Of a stretch of 32,000 nucleotides of DNA, positions 17,887-28,181 are shown piece by piece. The stretch is from Alkanindiges illinoisensis DSM 15370 (lineage in GTDB: Bacteria; Pseudomonadota; Gammaproteobacteria; Pseudomonadales; Moraxellaceae). A program made the translations under genes and the position numbers. The notes below the pieces were generated by a model that worked only from the letters and a program-made list of their open reading frames with translations, was not told where the DNA came from and did not search any database. The stretch covers positions 210,001 through 242,000 of the forward strand of contig NZ_KK211037.1 of the NCBI RefSeq assembly GCF_000619845.1. The letters are read 5' to 3'. Each line of letters starts with the position of its first letter. The first letter of the stretch is position 1.

Positions 17887-17897
17887 GGACGAAAATT

Positions 17898-18722
17898 ATG
17901 CCTATTCAAAAATGTAAACCAACGTCTCCAGGACGTCGCTTTGTAGAGAAAGTGGTTCATCCACATCTGTTCAAAGGCCGCCCTCTGGCTGCGTTGACTG
18001 AAAATAAGAAAAAAACTGGTGGCCGTAATAACAACGGTCATATCACCACACGTCACGTAGGTGGTGGTCACAAGCAGTTGTACCGTGTAATCGACTTCAA
18101 ACGTACCAAAGATGGCATTCCAGCCACTGTTGAGCGCATTGAATACGATCCTAACCGTACCGCACACATCGCACTGTTAAAGTATGCCGATGGCGAGCGT
18201 CGCTACATCATCGCCCCTAAAGGCCTGAGTGTTGGTGATAGCGTACAGTCAGGTAATGATGCGCCGATCCGTACTGGTAATTGCTTGCCACTGCGCAACA
18301 TGCCACTGGGTTCTACCCTGCATAACCTTGAGCTGAAAATTGGTAAAGGCGCGCAATTAGCACGTTCTGCTGGTACTTCTGTTCAATTGCTGGGTCGTGA
18401 TGGTAGCTACGCAATCATCCGTTTGCGTTCTGGCGAAATGCGTAAAGTGCATATCGAGTGCCGTGCAGTTCTGGGTGAAGTTTCCAACTCAGAAAACAAC
18501 CTGCGCTCACTGGGTAAAGCTGGTGCAAGCCGCTGGCGTGGTGTTCGTCCTACCGTTCGCGGTATGGCAATGAACCCGGTTGATCACCCGCATGGTGGTG
18601 GTGAAGGCCGCAACAAGGGTATGCATCCAGTAAGTCCTTGGGGTCAAAAATCCAAGGGTTATAAGACTCGTAGCAACAAGCGTACGACTAACATGATCAT
18701 CCGTGATCGTCGCGTCAAGTAA
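17898..18722 (+). CDS. rplB: 50S ribosomal protein L2
   Basis: 274 aa. GRNN.G.IT.RH.GGGHK, RSAG and [13 protein letters not shown] motifs. Confidence 0.98.
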   Translation: MPIQKCKPTSPGRRFVEKVVHPHLFKGRPLAALTENKKKTGGRNNNGHITTRHVGGGHKQLYRVIDFKRTKDGIPATVERIEYDPNRTAHIALLKYADGERRYIIAPKGLSVGDSVQSGNDAPIRTGNCLPLRNMPLGSTLHNLELKIGKGAQLARSAGTSVQLLGRDGSYAIIRLRSGEMRKVHIECRAVLGEVSNSENNLRSLGKAGASRWRGVRPTVRGMAMNPVDHPHGGGEGRNKGMHPVSPWGQKSKGYKTRSNKRTTNMIIRDRRVK

Positions 18723-18733
18723 GGAATTAGAAT

Positions 18734-19009
18734 ATGCCTCGTTCTCTGAAAAAAGGCCCGTTCGTCGATGCGCATCTGTTTGCCAAAGTCGAAGCTGCTG
18801 TAGCTGCCAACTCTCGCAAGCCGATCAAAACCTGGTCACGTCGCTCGATGATTCTGCCGGACTTTGTGGGTCTAACCCTCTCTGTTCATAATGGTCGTAA
18901 CCATGTTCCTGTGATTATCACTGAACACATGGTTGGTCATAAACTTGGTGAATTTGCGCCAACCCGTACCTATCGCGGTCACGGTGTTGACAAGAAATCC
19001 AAACGGTAA
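18734..19009 (+). CDS. rpsS: 30S ribosomal protein S19
   Basis: [14 protein letters not shown]...TWSRRS.I.P.FVG....VHNG. Canonical S19. Confidence 0.98.
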   Translation: MPRSLKKGPFVDAHLFAKVEAAVAANSRKPIKTWSRRSMILPDFVGLTLSVHNGRNHVPVIITEHMVGHKLGEFAPTRTYRGHGVDKKSKR

Positions 19010-19018
19010 GGTGTCAAA

Positions 19019-19348
19019 ATGGAAGTAACTGCTAAATTACGCGGTGCGGCCATCTCGGCCCAGAAAGCTCGCCTGGTCGCTGACCTGGTCCGTGGCAAGC
19101 CGGTTGGACGCGCACTTGAAATTCTGTCATTCAGCAATAAAAAAGCAGCTGTTCTGGTGAAAAAAGCACTGGAATCTGCAATTGCGAATGCAGAACACAA
19201 CAATAGCTTGGATGTTGATGATCTGAAAGTCTCTACAATCTATGTAGATGAAGGCATTACCTTAAAACGCATTCTACCGCGTGCTAAGGGTCGTGCAGAT
19301 CGCATCAGCAAGCGTACCTGTCACATCACCGTTAAGGTAGGGGTTTGA
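19019..19348 (+). CDS. rplV: 50S ribosomal protein L22
   Basis: ...[39 protein letters not shown] matches L22. Confidence 0.98.
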   Translation: MEVTAKLRGAAISAQKARLVADLVRGKPVGRALEILSFSNKKAAVLVKKALESAIANAEHNNSLDVDDLKVSTIYVDEGITLKRILPRAKGRADRISKRTCHITVKVGV

Positions 19349-19349
19349 T

Positions 19350-20147
19350 ATGGGTCAGAAAGTTCATCCAATCGGTATCCGCCTTGGTGTAGTGAAGCGT
19401 CATAACGCCAACTGGTATGCCAATCCGAAAAATTATGCTGAATATTTGCTAAAAGACCTACAGGTTCGTGATTTCTTGCACAAGAAATTAAAATCTGCCA
19501 TGGTCAGCAAAATCCTGATTGAGCGTCCTACTGGTGCTGCCAAAGTCATCATTAGCACTGCACGTCCAGGTATTGTGATTGGCAAAAAAGGCGAAGACAT
19601 TGAGAAGCTGCAGCGTGAGCTGACCCAGATCATGGGTGTGCCTGCACAAGTCAGCATCAATGAAATTGACAAGCCTGATCTTGATGCCCGTCTGGTTGCG
19701 GAAAGCATTGCTTCCCAACTGGAAAAGCGTGTGATGTTCCGCCGTGCCATGAAACGCGCTGTACAGAACTCCATGCGTGCTGGTGCCAAAGGGATCAAGG
19801 TTGAAGTATCTGGTCGTCTGGGTGGTGCAGAGATTGCCCGTACCGAATGGTATCGTGAAGGCCGTGTGCCATTGCATACCCTGCGTGCAGACATTGACTA
19901 CTCAACCATGCGTGCTGAAACAACCTACGGTACGATTGGCGTTAAAGTATGGATTTTCCGTGGTGAGATCCTGGGCGGTATGCGTCAGGTATTGAATCCG
20001 GCTCCTGCTGATGAGCGTCAGCCTAAGCGTCGTGGTGGTCGTGATGACCGTCGTAACGAAGGCCGTAATGATGGTGAAAACCGTCGCGGACGTGGTGAAG
20101 GCCGTGGACGTGGTGAAGGCCGCGCTGCTGCAGACAAGGGAGAATAA
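19350..20147 (+). CDS. rpsC: 30S ribosomal protein S3 (with extended Arg/Gly/Glu-rich C-terminal tail)
   Basis: MGQKVHP.G.RLG....H...W. KH and S3-C domains as in E. coli S3 up to ...FRGEILGGM, then a ~55-aa tail ([39 protein letters not shown]). Confidence 0.97.
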   Translation: MGQKVHPIGIRLGVVKRHNANWYANPKNYAEYLLKDLQVRDFLHKKLKSAMVSKILIERPTGAAKVIISTARPGIVIGKKGEDIEKLQRELTQIMGVPAQVSINEIDKPDLDARLVAESIASQLEKRVMFRRAMKRAVQNSMRAGAKGIKVEVSGRLGGAEIARTEWYREGRVPLHTLRADIDYSTMRAETTYGTIGVKVWIFRGEILGGMRQVLNPAPADERQPKRRGGRDDRRNEGRNDGENRRGRGEGRGRGEGRAAADKGE

Positions 20148-20150
20148 TCC

Positions 20151-20564
20151 ATGTTGCAACCAAAACGCACCAAATTCCGTAAAGTGCACAAAGGCCGTAA
20201 CACCGGTCTGGCAAATCGCGGAAGCACAGTCGCATTTGGTACGATTGCGCTGAAATCTGTTGAGCGTGGTCGTATTACAGCTCGTCAAATTGAAGCTGCT
20301 CGTCGTGCCATTAACCGTCGTGTTAAACGTGGCGGTAAAATCTGGATCCGTGTATTTCCAGACAAGCCAATTACTCAAAAGCCTTTAGAAGTCCGTATGG
20401 GTAAAGGTAAGGGTAGCGTGGAGTACTGGGTTTGCGAGATTCAACCTGGCAAAATCCTGTACGAAATGGAAGGGGTTTCAGAAGAACTGGCTCGTGAAGC
20501 GTTCACACGTGCAGCAGCCAAGCTTCCGTTCAAAACCGCTATTGTGACTCGGACGGTAATGTAA
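20151..20564 (+). CDS. rplP: 50S ribosomal protein L16
   Basis: [18 protein letters not shown]... Canonical L16. Confidence 0.98.
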   Translation: MLQPKRTKFRKVHKGRNTGLANRGSTVAFGTIALKSVERGRITARQIEAARRAINRRVKRGGKIWIRVFPDKPITQKPLEVRMGKGKGSVEYWVCEIQPGKILYEMEGVSEELAREAFTRAAAKLPFKTAIVTRTVM

Positions 20565-20761
20565 TGAATACCAAAGATTTACGCGAAAAATCGGTTGAAG
20601 AGTTGAATGCTGCGCTTGATGAGCAACAACTGAATCAATTTCGTCTACGTATGGCGAAAGCAACTGGTCAACTGGGCAAAACGCATGAAGTGCAACTTGC
20701 CCGTAAAGCCATTGCACGCATTAAAACTCTCCTCACCGAGAAACAGGGGAACGGACAATGA
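20564..20761 (+). CDS. rpmC: 50S ribosomal protein L29
   Basis: TAATG overlap with rplP. ...LREKS.EEL...L.....[12 protein letters not shown]...H matches L29. Confidence 0.97.
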   Translation: MNTKDLREKSVEELNAALDEQQLNQFRLRMAKATGQLGKTHEVQLARKAIARIKTLLTEKQGNGQ

Positions 20762-21021
20762 GCGAACAAAGTACTCAACGTACGCTGACTGGCAAAGTAG
20801 TGAGTGACAAGATGGAGAAATCCATTACTGTCCTGATTGAGCGCCGGGTTCAGCATCCTGTGTATGGCAAAATGATCCGCCGTTCCACGAAGTTACACGC
20901 CCATGATGAAAACAATGTTGCCAAACTTGGCGATATCGTCACCATCAAAGAAAGCCGTCCTATTTCTAAAACCAAAGCTTGGACTTTGGTTGAAGTTGTA
21001 GAAACAGCTGGGCAAAACTAG
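20758..21021 (+). CDS. rpsQ: 30S ribosomal protein S17
   Basis: ATGA overlap with rpmC. ...[28 protein letters not shown]...RSTK.HAHDE matches S17. Confidence 0.98.
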   Translation: MSEQSTQRTLTGKVVSDKMEKSITVLIERRVQHPVYGKMIRRSTKLHAHDENNVAKLGDIVTIKESRPISKTKAWTLVEVVETAGQN

Positions 21022-21027
21022 TTCTTA

Positions 21028-21056
21028 TTGCATCATCGGTTAAATTCAGGTAGCAT
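21028..21056 (+). promoter_or_regulatory. Candidate spc-operon promoter
   Basis: TTGCAT (21028-21033) - 17 nt - TAGCAT (21051-21056) in the 82-nt rpsQ-rplN gap, the position of the spc promoter in E. coli. Confidence 0.4.
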
Positions 21057-21103
21057 TTGCGCCTTTCGAATTGACCGATGATGCTCGGTTTTGGAGTAGG
21101 GCA

Positions 21104-21472
21104 ATGATTCAGACCGAAACGATGCTCGACGTGGCAGACAACAGCGGCGCTCGCCGTGTTCAGTGCATTAAAGTACTGGGCGGTTCGCATCGTCGTTACG
21201 CTTCCGTTGGCGACATTATCAAAGTGACCGTGAAGGAAGCAATTCCACGTGGTCGTGTCAAGAAAGGCGATGTAATGAACGCAGTTGTCGTTCGTACAAA
21301 ATTCGGTATTCGCCGTCCGGACGGTTCTCTGATCCGTTTTGACGACAATGCTGCCGTGTTGTTAAACAACAACAAGGCACCGATTGCCACCCGTATTTTC
21401 GGGCCAGTGACTCGTGAACTTCGTACTGAACAGTTCATGAAGATCATCTCATTGGCACCAGAAGTTCTGTAA
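21104..21472 (+). CDS. rplN: 50S ribosomal protein L14
   Basis: [33 protein letters not shown]... aligns from residue 1 with E. coli L14 ([19 protein letters not shown]...). GGAG at 21093-21096. The ORF-track start at 21071 is an upstream in-frame TTG. Confidence 0.97.
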   Translation: MIQTETMLDVADNSGARRVQCIKVLGGSHRRYASVGDIIKVTVKEAIPRGRVKKGDVMNAVVVRTKFGIRRPDGSLIRFDDNAAVLLNNNKAPIATRIFGPVTRELRTEQFMKIISLAPEVL

Positions 21473-21481
21473 GAGGCAGTC

Positions 21482-21802
21482 ATGGCGAAGATCAAGAAAG
21501 GCGATCAGGTTATCGTGATCGCAGGTAAAGAAAAAGGCAAACAGGGTACTGTTCTGTCTGTTACTGGTGACCGTGTTAAGGTTGAAGGCCTTAACCTGGT
21601 TAAGAAGCACAAAAAAGCCAACCAGGCTACGGGCGCTGAAGGCGGTATCGTAACCCAGGAAGCTGCGCTTCATATTTCTAACGTGGCGGTTTTTAACGCT
21701 ACAACCCAAAAGGCTGACCGTGTTGGTTACCAGATTGATGAAAACGGCGTTAAAACCCGTATTTACAAATCAAATGGTGAATCAGTGGCGGTAGCGAAGT
21801 AA
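21482..21802 (+). CDS. rplX: 50S ribosomal protein L24
   Basis: [24 protein letters not shown]... KOW motif of L24. Confidence 0.98.
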   Translation: MAKIKKGDQVIVIAGKEKGKQGTVLSVTGDRVKVEGLNLVKKHKKANQATGAEGGIVTQEAALHISNVAVFNATTQKADRVGYQIDENGVKTRIYKSNGESVAVAK

Positions 21803-21816
21803 TAGGTTGATCGGCA

Positions 21817-22353
21817 ATGGCCAGACTTAAAACACGTTACAACGAAGAAATCAAAGCCCAGTTGCAAGAGCAATTAGGCTTGAAAAATGTGATGGAAATT
21901 CCTCGCATTACTAAAATTACCCTGAACATGGGTGTAGGTGGCGCAACTCAAGACAAGAAATTGTTGGAAGGTGCGGTATCAGATATGACGTTAATCGCTG
22001 GTCAAAAGCCAGTGGTAACACATGCACGTAACTCTATTGCCGGTTTTAAAGTCCGTGAAGGATGGCCAATTGGCTGTAAAGTTACGCTGCGTGGTGATCA
22101 GATGTACGAATTTCTGGATCGTCTGATTTCTATTACTATTCCGCGTATTCGTGACTTCCGTGGTTTTTCGCCTAAGTCTTTTGACGGTCGTGGTAATTAC
22201 TCACTGGGTCTCAAGGAACAAATCGTGTTCCCTGAAATCGAGTTTGATAAAATTGATCGTATCCGTGGTATGGACATTACTGTTACTACTACTGCCCGTA
22301 CAGATGACGAAGGCCGTGCACTATTGCGTGCGTTTGGCTTCCCGTTTAAATAA
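21817..22353 (+). CDS. rplE: 50S ribosomal protein L5
   Basis: [11 protein letters not shown]....L.......[15 protein letters not shown] matches L5. Confidence 0.98.
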   Translation: MARLKTRYNEEIKAQLQEQLGLKNVMEIPRITKITLNMGVGGATQDKKLLEGAVSDMTLIAGQKPVVTHARNSIAGFKVREGWPIGCKVTLRGDQMYEFLDRLISITIPRIRDFRGFSPKSFDGRGNYSLGLKEQIVFPEIEFDKIDRIRGMDITVTTTARTDDEGRALLRAFGFPFK

Positions 22354-22362
22354 GAGGTCAAT

Positions 22363-22668
22363 ATGGCTAAGAAAAGCATGATTAATCGCGAGTTAAAGCG
22401 CGAAAAAACAGTTGCTAAATATGCTGCCAAGCGCGCTGAACTGAAAGCAACCATTGCTAACGGTACTGCAAGCGATGAAGAGCGTATGGATGCAATGCTG
22501 AAACTACAGGCATTGCCACGTGATGCATCTCCTGTTCGTCAACGTAACCGTTGTGGTTTAACAGGCCGTCCGCATGGCTATTTCCGCAAGTTCGGCTTAA
22601 GCCGTAACATGTTGCGTTTAATGGTTATGCAGGGTGATGTCCCTGGCGTGGTTAAGGCAAGCTGGTAA
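22363..22668 (+). CDS. rpsN: 30S ribosomal protein S14 (long, non-zinc form)
   Basis: [12 protein letters not shown]...V.KY..KR.ELK... ending ...PGV.KASW. 101 aa, lacks the CxxC pairs. Confidence 0.98.
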   Translation: MAKKSMINRELKREKTVAKYAAKRAELKATIANGTASDEERMDAMLKLQALPRDASPVRQRNRCGLTGRPHGYFRKFGLSRNMLRLMVMQGDVPGVVKASW

Positions 22669-22680
22669 GGAGCAACATAC

Positions 22681-23076
22681 ATGAGTATGCAAGATACCGT
22701 TGCCGACATGCTAACCCGTGTTCGTAACGCACAAATGGCAAAGAAAGCAACTGTTTCAATGCCACAATCCAAATTGAAGCAAGCCATTGCCGGCGTGCTT
22801 CAGTCTGAGGGTTATATTGCCAGTACTGAAGTTACCGATGTTGAAGGTAAACCAACACTGACGCTGACCCTGAAATACTTTGAAGGCAAGCCAGTTATTG
22901 AAACCGTGAAGCGTGTAAGCCGTCCAGGTTTGCGTCAGTATCGCGGCAAAAATGACTTACCACGCGTTAAGCAAGGTTTGGGCATTGCAATTGTTTCAAC
23001 AAGTAAAGGCATCATGACCGATCGCGCTGCACGTGCTGCTGGCGTTGGCGGTGAAGTGATTGCTTTTGTTTCCTAA
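22681..23076 (+). CDS. rpsH: 30S ribosomal protein S8
   Basis: [28 protein letters not shown] matches S8. Confidence 0.98.
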   Translation: MSMQDTVADMLTRVRNAQMAKKATVSMPQSKLKQAIAGVLQSEGYIASTEVTDVEGKPTLTLTLKYFEGKPVIETVKRVSRPGLRQYRGKNDLPRVKQGLGIAIVSTSKGIMTDRAARAAGVGGEVIAFVS

Positions 23077-23089
23077 TAGGTGATTCCTC

Positions 23090-23623
23090 ATGTCTCGTGT
23101 GGCTAAAGCCCCGGTTACTGTACCCTCTGGTGTTACAGTAACCCAGAACGGCCAGCAGGTCGAAGTGAAAGGCAGTAAAGGTACACTGGCTTTCAACCTG
23201 CATGCGCTGGTCGAGCTAAAACAGGAAGACGGTAAAGTTCTGATTGCTCCAGCAAATGATAATCAAGAAAGCTGGATGCAGGCAGGTACCGCTCGTGCCG
23301 TTTTAAATAACTTGGTGACTGGTGTTAGCAACGGTTTCGAACGTAAGCTGCAATTGGTTGGTGTAGGTTATAAAGCTCAGGTGAAAGGTACTGTTGTAAA
23401 CCTGAACCTGGGTTACTCCCATCCGATTGATTTCCAGCTGCCAGAAGGCGTGACTGCCGAAACCCCGACTCCAACTGAAATTATCCTGAAATCTATTGAT
23501 AAGCAGGCGTTGGGTCAGGTAGCTGCTAACATCCGTTCTTTCCGTCCACCAGAGCCTTATAAAGGTAAAGGTGTACGTTACTCGGATGAAGTCATTCTCC
23601 GTAAAGAAGCTAAGAAGAAATAA
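23090..23623 (+). CDS. rplF: 50S ribosomal protein L6
   Basis: [13 protein letters not shown]...GQ...VKG.KG.L... and [11 protein letters not shown] near the C-terminus. Confidence 0.98.
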   Translation: MSRVAKAPVTVPSGVTVTQNGQQVEVKGSKGTLAFNLHALVELKQEDGKVLIAPANDNQESWMQAGTARAVLNNLVTGVSNGFERKLQLVGVGYKAQVKGTVVNLNLGYSHPIDFQLPEGVTAETPTPTEIILKSIDKQALGQVAANIRSFRPPEPYKGKGVRYSDEVILRKEAKKK

Positions 23624-23638
23624 GGCACGAGGTTCTGT

Positions 23639-23989
23639 ATGAACGACAAGAAACAATCCCGTTTGCGTCGTGCCAAAAGCACGCGCTTGCACATTCGTGC
23701 ATTGGGTGCGACTCGTCTGTGTGTAAACCGCACACCGCGTCACATCTATGCTCAAATCATTTCCCCAGAAGGTGGTAAAGTACTGGCGCAAGCTTCTACT
23801 TTAGACGCACAATTACGTTCTGGCGCAACTGGCAACGTTGATGCAGCTACTAAAGTAGGTGCATTAATTGCTGAGCGTGCTAAAGCTGCTGGTATTACCA
23901 AAGTAGCGTTCGACCGTTCTGGTTTTAAATATCATGGTCGTATTAAAGCCTTGGCTGATGCTGCCCGTGCTGGCGGTCTGGAGTTCTAA
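23639..23989 (+). CDS. rplR: 50S ribosomal protein L18
   Basis: ...RLRRA...R..I......[13 protein letters not shown]....GKVLA.AST... [22 protein letters not shown]. Confidence 0.98.
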   Translation: MNDKKQSRLRRAKSTRLHIRALGATRLCVNRTPRHIYAQIISPEGGKVLAQASTLDAQLRSGATGNVDAATKVGALIAERAKAAGITKVAFDRSGFKYHGRIKALADAARAGGLEF

Positions 23990-23991
23990 TC

Positions 23992-24489
23992 ATGGCAAAA
24001 GTTGAACAAAACGAAGGCTTTGTTGAGAAGCTGGTTGCTGTAGACCGCGTTGCCAAGGTAGTTAAAGGTGGCCGTATTTTCTCTTTCACTGCGTTAACCG
24101 TAGTGGGTGATGGCAATGGTCGCGTGGGCTTTGGTCGTGGCAAAGCGCGTGAAGTTCCAGCTGCAATTCAAAAAGCGCTGGAAGCTGCTCGCCGCAACAT
24201 GATCAGTGTAGAGCTAAATGGTACAACCCTGCAACATCCGGTAAATTCTTCACATGGTGCAAGCCGCATTTATATGCAGCCTGCCTCTGAAGGTACTGGT
24301 GTAATTGCTGGTGGTGCAATGCGCGCTGTACTTGAAGTTGCTGGTGTACAAAACGTATTGGCAAAATGCTACGGTTCTACCAATGCAACCAACGTGGTGT
24401 ATGCAACTTTCAAAGGTCTAAAAAATATGACCTCTGCTGAGAAAGTTGCTGCTAAACGTGGTAAGACTGTCGAAGAAATTCAAGGGTAA
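23992..24489 (+). CDS. rpsE: 30S ribosomal protein S5
   Basis: ...[49 protein letters not shown] matches S5. Confidence 0.98.
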   Translation: MAKVEQNEGFVEKLVAVDRVAKVVKGGRIFSFTALTVVGDGNGRVGFGRGKAREVPAAIQKALEAARRNMISVELNGTTLQHPVNSSHGASRIYMQPASEGTGVIAGGAMRAVLEVAGVQNVLAKCYGSTNATNVVYATFKGLKNMTSAEKVAAKRGKTVEEIQG

Positions 24490-24495
24490 TTTGAC

Positions 24496-24693
24496 ATGAA
24501 AACAATCAAGGTTACCCAGATCAAATCTTCTGCCCATCGCTTAAAAAATCATAAGCTATGTTTGCAAGGATTAGGTCTGCGTCGCATTGGTCACACTGTT
24601 GAAGTGCAGGACACGCCTTCAAACCGTGGTATGATCAATAAAGTATACTATATGGTAAGCGTTGAGCCAGTTGATAATGGAGTGCAGCCATGA
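24496..24693 (+). CDS. rpmD: 50S ribosomal protein L30
   Basis: [43 protein letters not shown] matches L30. A few extra C-terminal residues (PVDNGVQP). The stop overlaps the rplO ATG (ATGA). Confidence 0.96.
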   Translation: MKTIKVTQIKSSAHRLKNHKLCLQGLGLRRIGHTVEVQDTPSNRGMINKVYYMVSVEPVDNGVQP

Positions 24694-25130
24694 CTTTGCG
24701 TTTAAATGAGCTTGCTCCTGCTGAAGGTGCAAAGCGCGAACATCGCCGCTTGGGTCGTGGTATTGGTTCTGGCTTGGGCAAAACTGGTGGCCGTGGTGTG
24801 AAAGGTCAAACTTCACGCTCAGGTGGTGGAATCCGTGCCGGCTTTGAAGGCGGCCAGATGCCAATTTACCGTCGCTTGCCTAAGTTTGGTTTTACCAGCC
24901 AACTTGCACTTAAAACTGCTGAAGTGCGTTTATCTGAACTGAACAAGGTTGAAGGTGACGTTGTAAGTCTGGCAACTTTAAAAGCTGCCAACGTCGTGCG
25001 TCAGGACAAAATCCGTGCCCGTATCGTACTTTCAGGTGAAATCACTCGTGCATTCACAGTGCAGGGTGTTGCTCTGACCAAAGGCGCTAAAGCTGCAATT
25101 GAAGCAGCTGGCGGCAAGGTTGAGGAGTAA
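24690..25130 (+). CDS. rplO: 50S ribosomal protein L15
   Basis: M.LRLNEL.PAEG.K....[24 protein letters not shown] matches L15. Confidence 0.98.
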   Translation: MTLRLNELAPAEGAKREHRRLGRGIGSGLGKTGGRGVKGQTSRSGGGIRAGFEGGQMPIYRRLPKFGFTSQLALKTAEVRLSELNKVEGDVVSLATLKAANVVRQDKIRARIVLSGEITRAFTVQGVALTKGAKAAIEAAGGKVEE

Positions 25131-25136
25131 TCCCAA

Positions 25137-26501
25137 GTGGCTATGCCCCCAAACTCAACAATCAATAACGTTCAACGAGCAATAAAAGGTCCTGCATTTC
25201 ATCAGAAATACCGGGAAATCATTCAGCGAATGCTTTTTTTGCTAGGTGCATTATTAGTGTTTCGTTTGGGATCGCATATTCCAGTGCCTGGAATTAATCC
25301 AGAACGGTTAGCACAGCTATTTGAACAGAATAAGGATACTATCCTTAGCCTGTTCAATATGTTTTCGGGTGGTGCCCTCCAGCGCATGTCGATTCTTGCG
25401 CTGGGCATCATGCCTTATATTTCTGCTTCAATTATTGTTCAGTTGATGGCGACTGTTGTGCCTTCACTTGAATCGCTTAAAAAAGAAGGCGAAGCAGGTC
25501 GCCGCAAAATCAATCAGTACACGCGCCAGGGAACCTTGTTTCTAGGTCTGGTACAGGCGATTGGAATGTGCGCGGGACTGCAAAGTCAGGGGATAACTCT
25601 GTCTACAGGCTTAAGTTTTTATGTGCCTGCAGTGACTTCTTTGGTAGCGGGTACTATGTTTCTGATGTGGCTCGGTGAGCAAATTACCGAGCGTGGCATT
25701 GGTAATGGTATTTCAATGATTATTTTTGCGGGGATTGTGGCGGGTTTACCTGGCATTGTTCTGCAATCGGTAGAATCCATTCAGCAGGGTCAAAGCAGTT
25801 TAATTGGCCTGTTGCTGCTGGGAATTTTAAGTCTTGCTGTCATTGCTGCCGTAATCTTTATCGAAAAAGCACAGCGCCGTATTCCTGTGAACTATGCACA
25901 AAAGCAACAGGGTAGGAAAGTATTTACTGCACAGCAAACCCATTTGCCATTAAAAATTAATATGGCTGGGGTGATTCCTGCAATTTTTGCCAGTTCTTTG
26001 CTGTTATTTCCAGCAAGCCTGGGTCAATGGGTAGGAAGCGCTGATCCAAACGCGGGCTTCATCAAGCGTTTTCTGCAGGATATGGCATTGGTATTGTCAC
26101 CAGGTCAGCCTTTGTACCTCGTGCTGTTTGGCGGTTTGATTATCTTCTTTTGTTACTTTTATACCGCCTTGGTATTTAGTCCTAAAGAAGTATCAGAAAA
26201 TTTAAAACGTAGCGGTGCTTATGTGCCTGGCATTCGTCCTGGTGATCAAACAGCCCGTTATTTGGACCATATTCTCAATCGATTGACTTTTATTGGTGCA
26301 ATCTATATTACCGTAGTGTGTTTGATGCCTATGGTATTGCAAAGTGCATTTGGTGTGCCTTTCCATTTGGGAGGAACTTCATTGCTCATTGTAGTAGTTG
26401 TGGTGATGGATTTTATGGCGCAGCTACAGGCGCATTTAACCTCACATCAGTATGAGAACCAGTCATTGATGAAAAAGTCACCTTCCTTGCTGAACAAGTA
26501 A
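25137..26501 (+). CDS. secY: Preprotein translocase subunit SecY
   Basis: 454-aa polytopic protein. [39 protein letters not shown] and [25 protein letters not shown] blocks. GTG at 25137 or ATG at 25143 as start. Confidence 0.97.
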   Translation: MAMPPNSTINNVQRAIKGPAFHQKYREIIQRMLFLLGALLVFRLGSHIPVPGINPERLAQLFEQNKDTILSLFNMFSGGALQRMSILALGIMPYISASIIVQLMATVVPSLESLKKEGEAGRRKINQYTRQGTLFLGLVQAIGMCAGLQSQGITLSTGLSFYVPAVTSLVAGTMFLMWLGEQITERGIGNGISMIIFAGIVAGLPGIVLQSVESIQQGQSSLIGLLLLGILSLAVIAAVIFIEKAQRRIPVNYAQKQQGRKVFTAQQTHLPLKINMAGVIPAIFASSLLLFPASLGQWVGSADPNAGFIKRFLQDMALVLSPGQPLYLVLFGGLIIFFCYFYTALVFSPKEVSENLKRSGAYVPGIRPGDQTARYLDHILNRLTFIGAIYITVVCLMPMVLQSAFGVPFHLGGTSLLIVVVVVMDFMAQLQAHLTSHQYENQSLMKKSPSLLNK

Positions 26502-26535
26502 GTGCTTGCGTGATTCAACCTGAAGGGTGTTTAAC

Positions 26536-26652
26536 ATGAAAGTTCAAGCTTCTGTTAAAAAAATTTGCGGTAACTGTAAAGTGATCCGCCGTAATGGGGT
26601 AATTCGCGTAATTTGCAGCGCAGAACCTCGCCACAAGCAGCGTCAAGGCTAG
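26536..26652 (+). CDS. rpmJ: 50S ribosomal protein L36 (Zn-ribbon C-x2-C...C-x5-H form); absent from the supplied ORF track
   Basis: Manual translation: ATG at 26536 gives [38 protein letters not shown], stop TAG 26650-26652. Canonical L36 sequence and position after secY. Confidence 0.95.
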   Translation: MKVQASVKKICGNCKVIRRNGVIRVICSAEPRHKQRQG

Positions 26653-26676
26653 TTTTTTAATAAACTGACTTACCTG

Positions 26677-26706
26677 TTGATTTCACTAGGTGAATTGCGT
26701 TATTAT
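26677..26706 (+). promoter_or_regulatory. Candidate alpha-operon promoter
   Basis: TTGATT (26677-26682) - 17/18 nt - TTATTAT (26700-26706) in the 113-nt rpmJ-rpsM gap. Confidence 0.35.
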
Positions 26707-26741
26707 CCGCCCCCTCATAATTGATGGGGCGGTTGATTTTT
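26707..26741 (+). promoter_or_regulatory. GC-rich hairpin plus T-tract in the rpmJ-rpsM gap (spc terminator/attenuator or part of the S4-regulated alpha leader)
   Basis: CCGCCCC (26707-26713) - 12 nt - GGGGCGG (26726-26732) followed by TTGATTTTT. It ends ~25 nt before the rpsM ATG. Confidence 0.5.
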
Positions 26742-26765
26742 CAATTGCCTTTTTGGAGAAAATGA

Positions 26766-27122
26766 ATGGCTCGTATTGCCGGTGTTAACATTCCGGATAA
26801 CAAGCACGCTGTCATTTCTTTAACTTACATTTTTGGTATTGGCCGTCATACTGCTGCTAACATTCTAGCTGCTGTAGGAATTACTGCTACTACCAAAATC
26901 CGTGAGTTATCGGATGCGCAGTTGGATGCGATTCGTGCCGAAGTTGCCAAGGTTCCTACCGAGGGTGATCTTCGTCGTGAAATTTCCATGAACATTAAAC
27001 GTTTGATGGATTTAGGCTGCTATCGTGGTCTTCGTCATCGTCGTGGCTTGCCTGTTCGTGGTCAGCGCACCAAAACCAACGCTCGTACTCGCAAGGGTCC
27101 GAAAAAACCAATTAAGAAATAA
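26766..27122 (+). CDS. rpsM: 30S ribosomal protein S13
   Basis: [22 protein letters not shown] matches S13. GGAG 7 nt upstream. Confidence 0.98.
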   Translation: MARIAGVNIPDNKHAVISLTYIFGIGRHTAANILAAVGITATTKIRELSDAQLDAIRAEVAKVPTEGDLRREISMNIKRLMDLGCYRGLRHRRGLPVRGQRTKTNARTRKGPKKPIKK

Positions 27123-27141
27123 TTGCTCTGGAAGCTAAAAG

Positions 27142-27528
27142 ATGGCTAAAGATACCCGCGCCCGTAAGAAGGTCACCAGGACCGTTTCTGAAGGGATCGC
27201 TCACATTCATGCTTCTTTTAATAACACCATTGTGACCATTACCGATCGTCAAGGTAATGCACTGGCCTGGGCCACCTCCGGTGGACAGGGCTTCCGTGGC
27301 TCGCGTAAATCTACTCCGTTTGCTGCTCAGGTAGCAGCTGAAGTTGCTGGTAAAGCAGCTTTGGATTACGGTTTAAAAAATCTGGATGTTCTTGTTAAAG
27401 GGCCAGGTCCAGGTCGTGAGTCTGCGGTGCGTGCATTAGGCGCAGTGGGTTATAAAATTAACAGCATTACCGATGTGACACCTATTCCTCACAACGGCTG
27501 CCGTCCGCCTAAAAAACGTCGCGTATAA
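27142..27528 (+). CDS. rpsK: 30S ribosomal protein S11
   Basis: ...[41 protein letters not shown] matches S11. Confidence 0.98.
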   Translation: MAKDTRARKKVTRTVSEGIAHIHASFNNTIVTITDRQGNALAWATSGGQGFRGSRKSTPFAAQVAAEVAGKAALDYGLKNLDVLVKGPGPGRESAVRALGAVGYKINSITDVTPIPHNGCRPPKKRRV

Positions 27529-27540
27529 GGAGACTCATTC

Positions 27541-28164
27541 ATGGCTCGCTATATAGGTCCAAAATGCAAGCTCTCCCGCCGCGAAGGGACAGACCTGCAG
27601 TTAAAATCTGGCGTTAAACCGTTTGACGTCAAAACCAAAAAGGCTGGTAAACCACCAGGCCAACATGGCCAAAGTCGTGGTAAACAGTCCGAGTATTCGT
27701 TACAGTTACGTGAAAAACAAAAAGTACGTCGTATGTACGGTGTTTTAGAGCGTCAATTCAGTAACTATTACAAAGAAGCCGCTCGTTCCAAAGGTGCAAC
27801 AGGTGACAACTTGCTGCAATTGCTGGAAAGCCGTTTAGACAACGTTGTGTATCGCATGGGCTTCGGCTCTACGCGTGCTGAAGCGCGTCAGCTGGTGAGC
27901 CATCGCAGCATTACCCTGAATGGTCGTCGCGTAAACATCGCGTCAATCCAGGTTAAATCCGGTGATGTGATTGCTGTACATGAAGGTGCAAAAAACCAGT
28001 TGCGTATTAAAAATGCAATTGAACTTGGTACTCAGCGCGGTATTGCTTCCTGGTTGGAAGTTGATCATACCAAGATGGAAGGTACGTTCAAGTCTGCACC
28101 TGATCGTTCCGATCTGCCTGCCGAAATCAACGAAAGCTTGATTGTTGAATTGTATTCGAAATAA
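27541..28164 (+). CDS. rpsD: 30S ribosomal protein S4
   Basis: [23 protein letters not shown]... and [26 protein letters not shown] matches S4. Confidence 0.98.
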   Translation: MARYIGPKCKLSRREGTDLQLKSGVKPFDVKTKKAGKPPGQHGQSRGKQSEYSLQLREKQKVRRMYGVLERQFSNYYKEAARSKGATGDNLLQLLESRLDNVVYRMGFGSTRAEARQLVSHRSITLNGRRVNIASIQVKSGDVIAVHEGAKNQLRIKNAIELGTQRGIASWLEVDHTKMEGTFKSAPDRSDLPAEINESLIVELYSK

Positions 28165-28181
28165 TCCCTTGAGGTGGCAAT

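Noticed and set aside
19433-20378. Several long minus-strand and alternative-frame ORFs (153, 129, 158, 69, 70, 72 and 80 aa) overlapping rpsC/rplP
   Set aside because: All lie antisense to, or out of frame with, unmistakable S3 and L16 coding sequence. Their products are low-complexity (R/S/P/T-rich). They are a by-product of the strongly biased, RG-rich codon composition of the S3 tail.
21071-21103. N-terminally extended rplN (TTG start, [11 protein letters not shown]...) as given in the ORF track
   Set aside because: L14 aligns from its first residue at the ATG at 21104, which has a GGAG SD. The extension would also cover the right arm of the intergenic inverted repeat and the promoter region.
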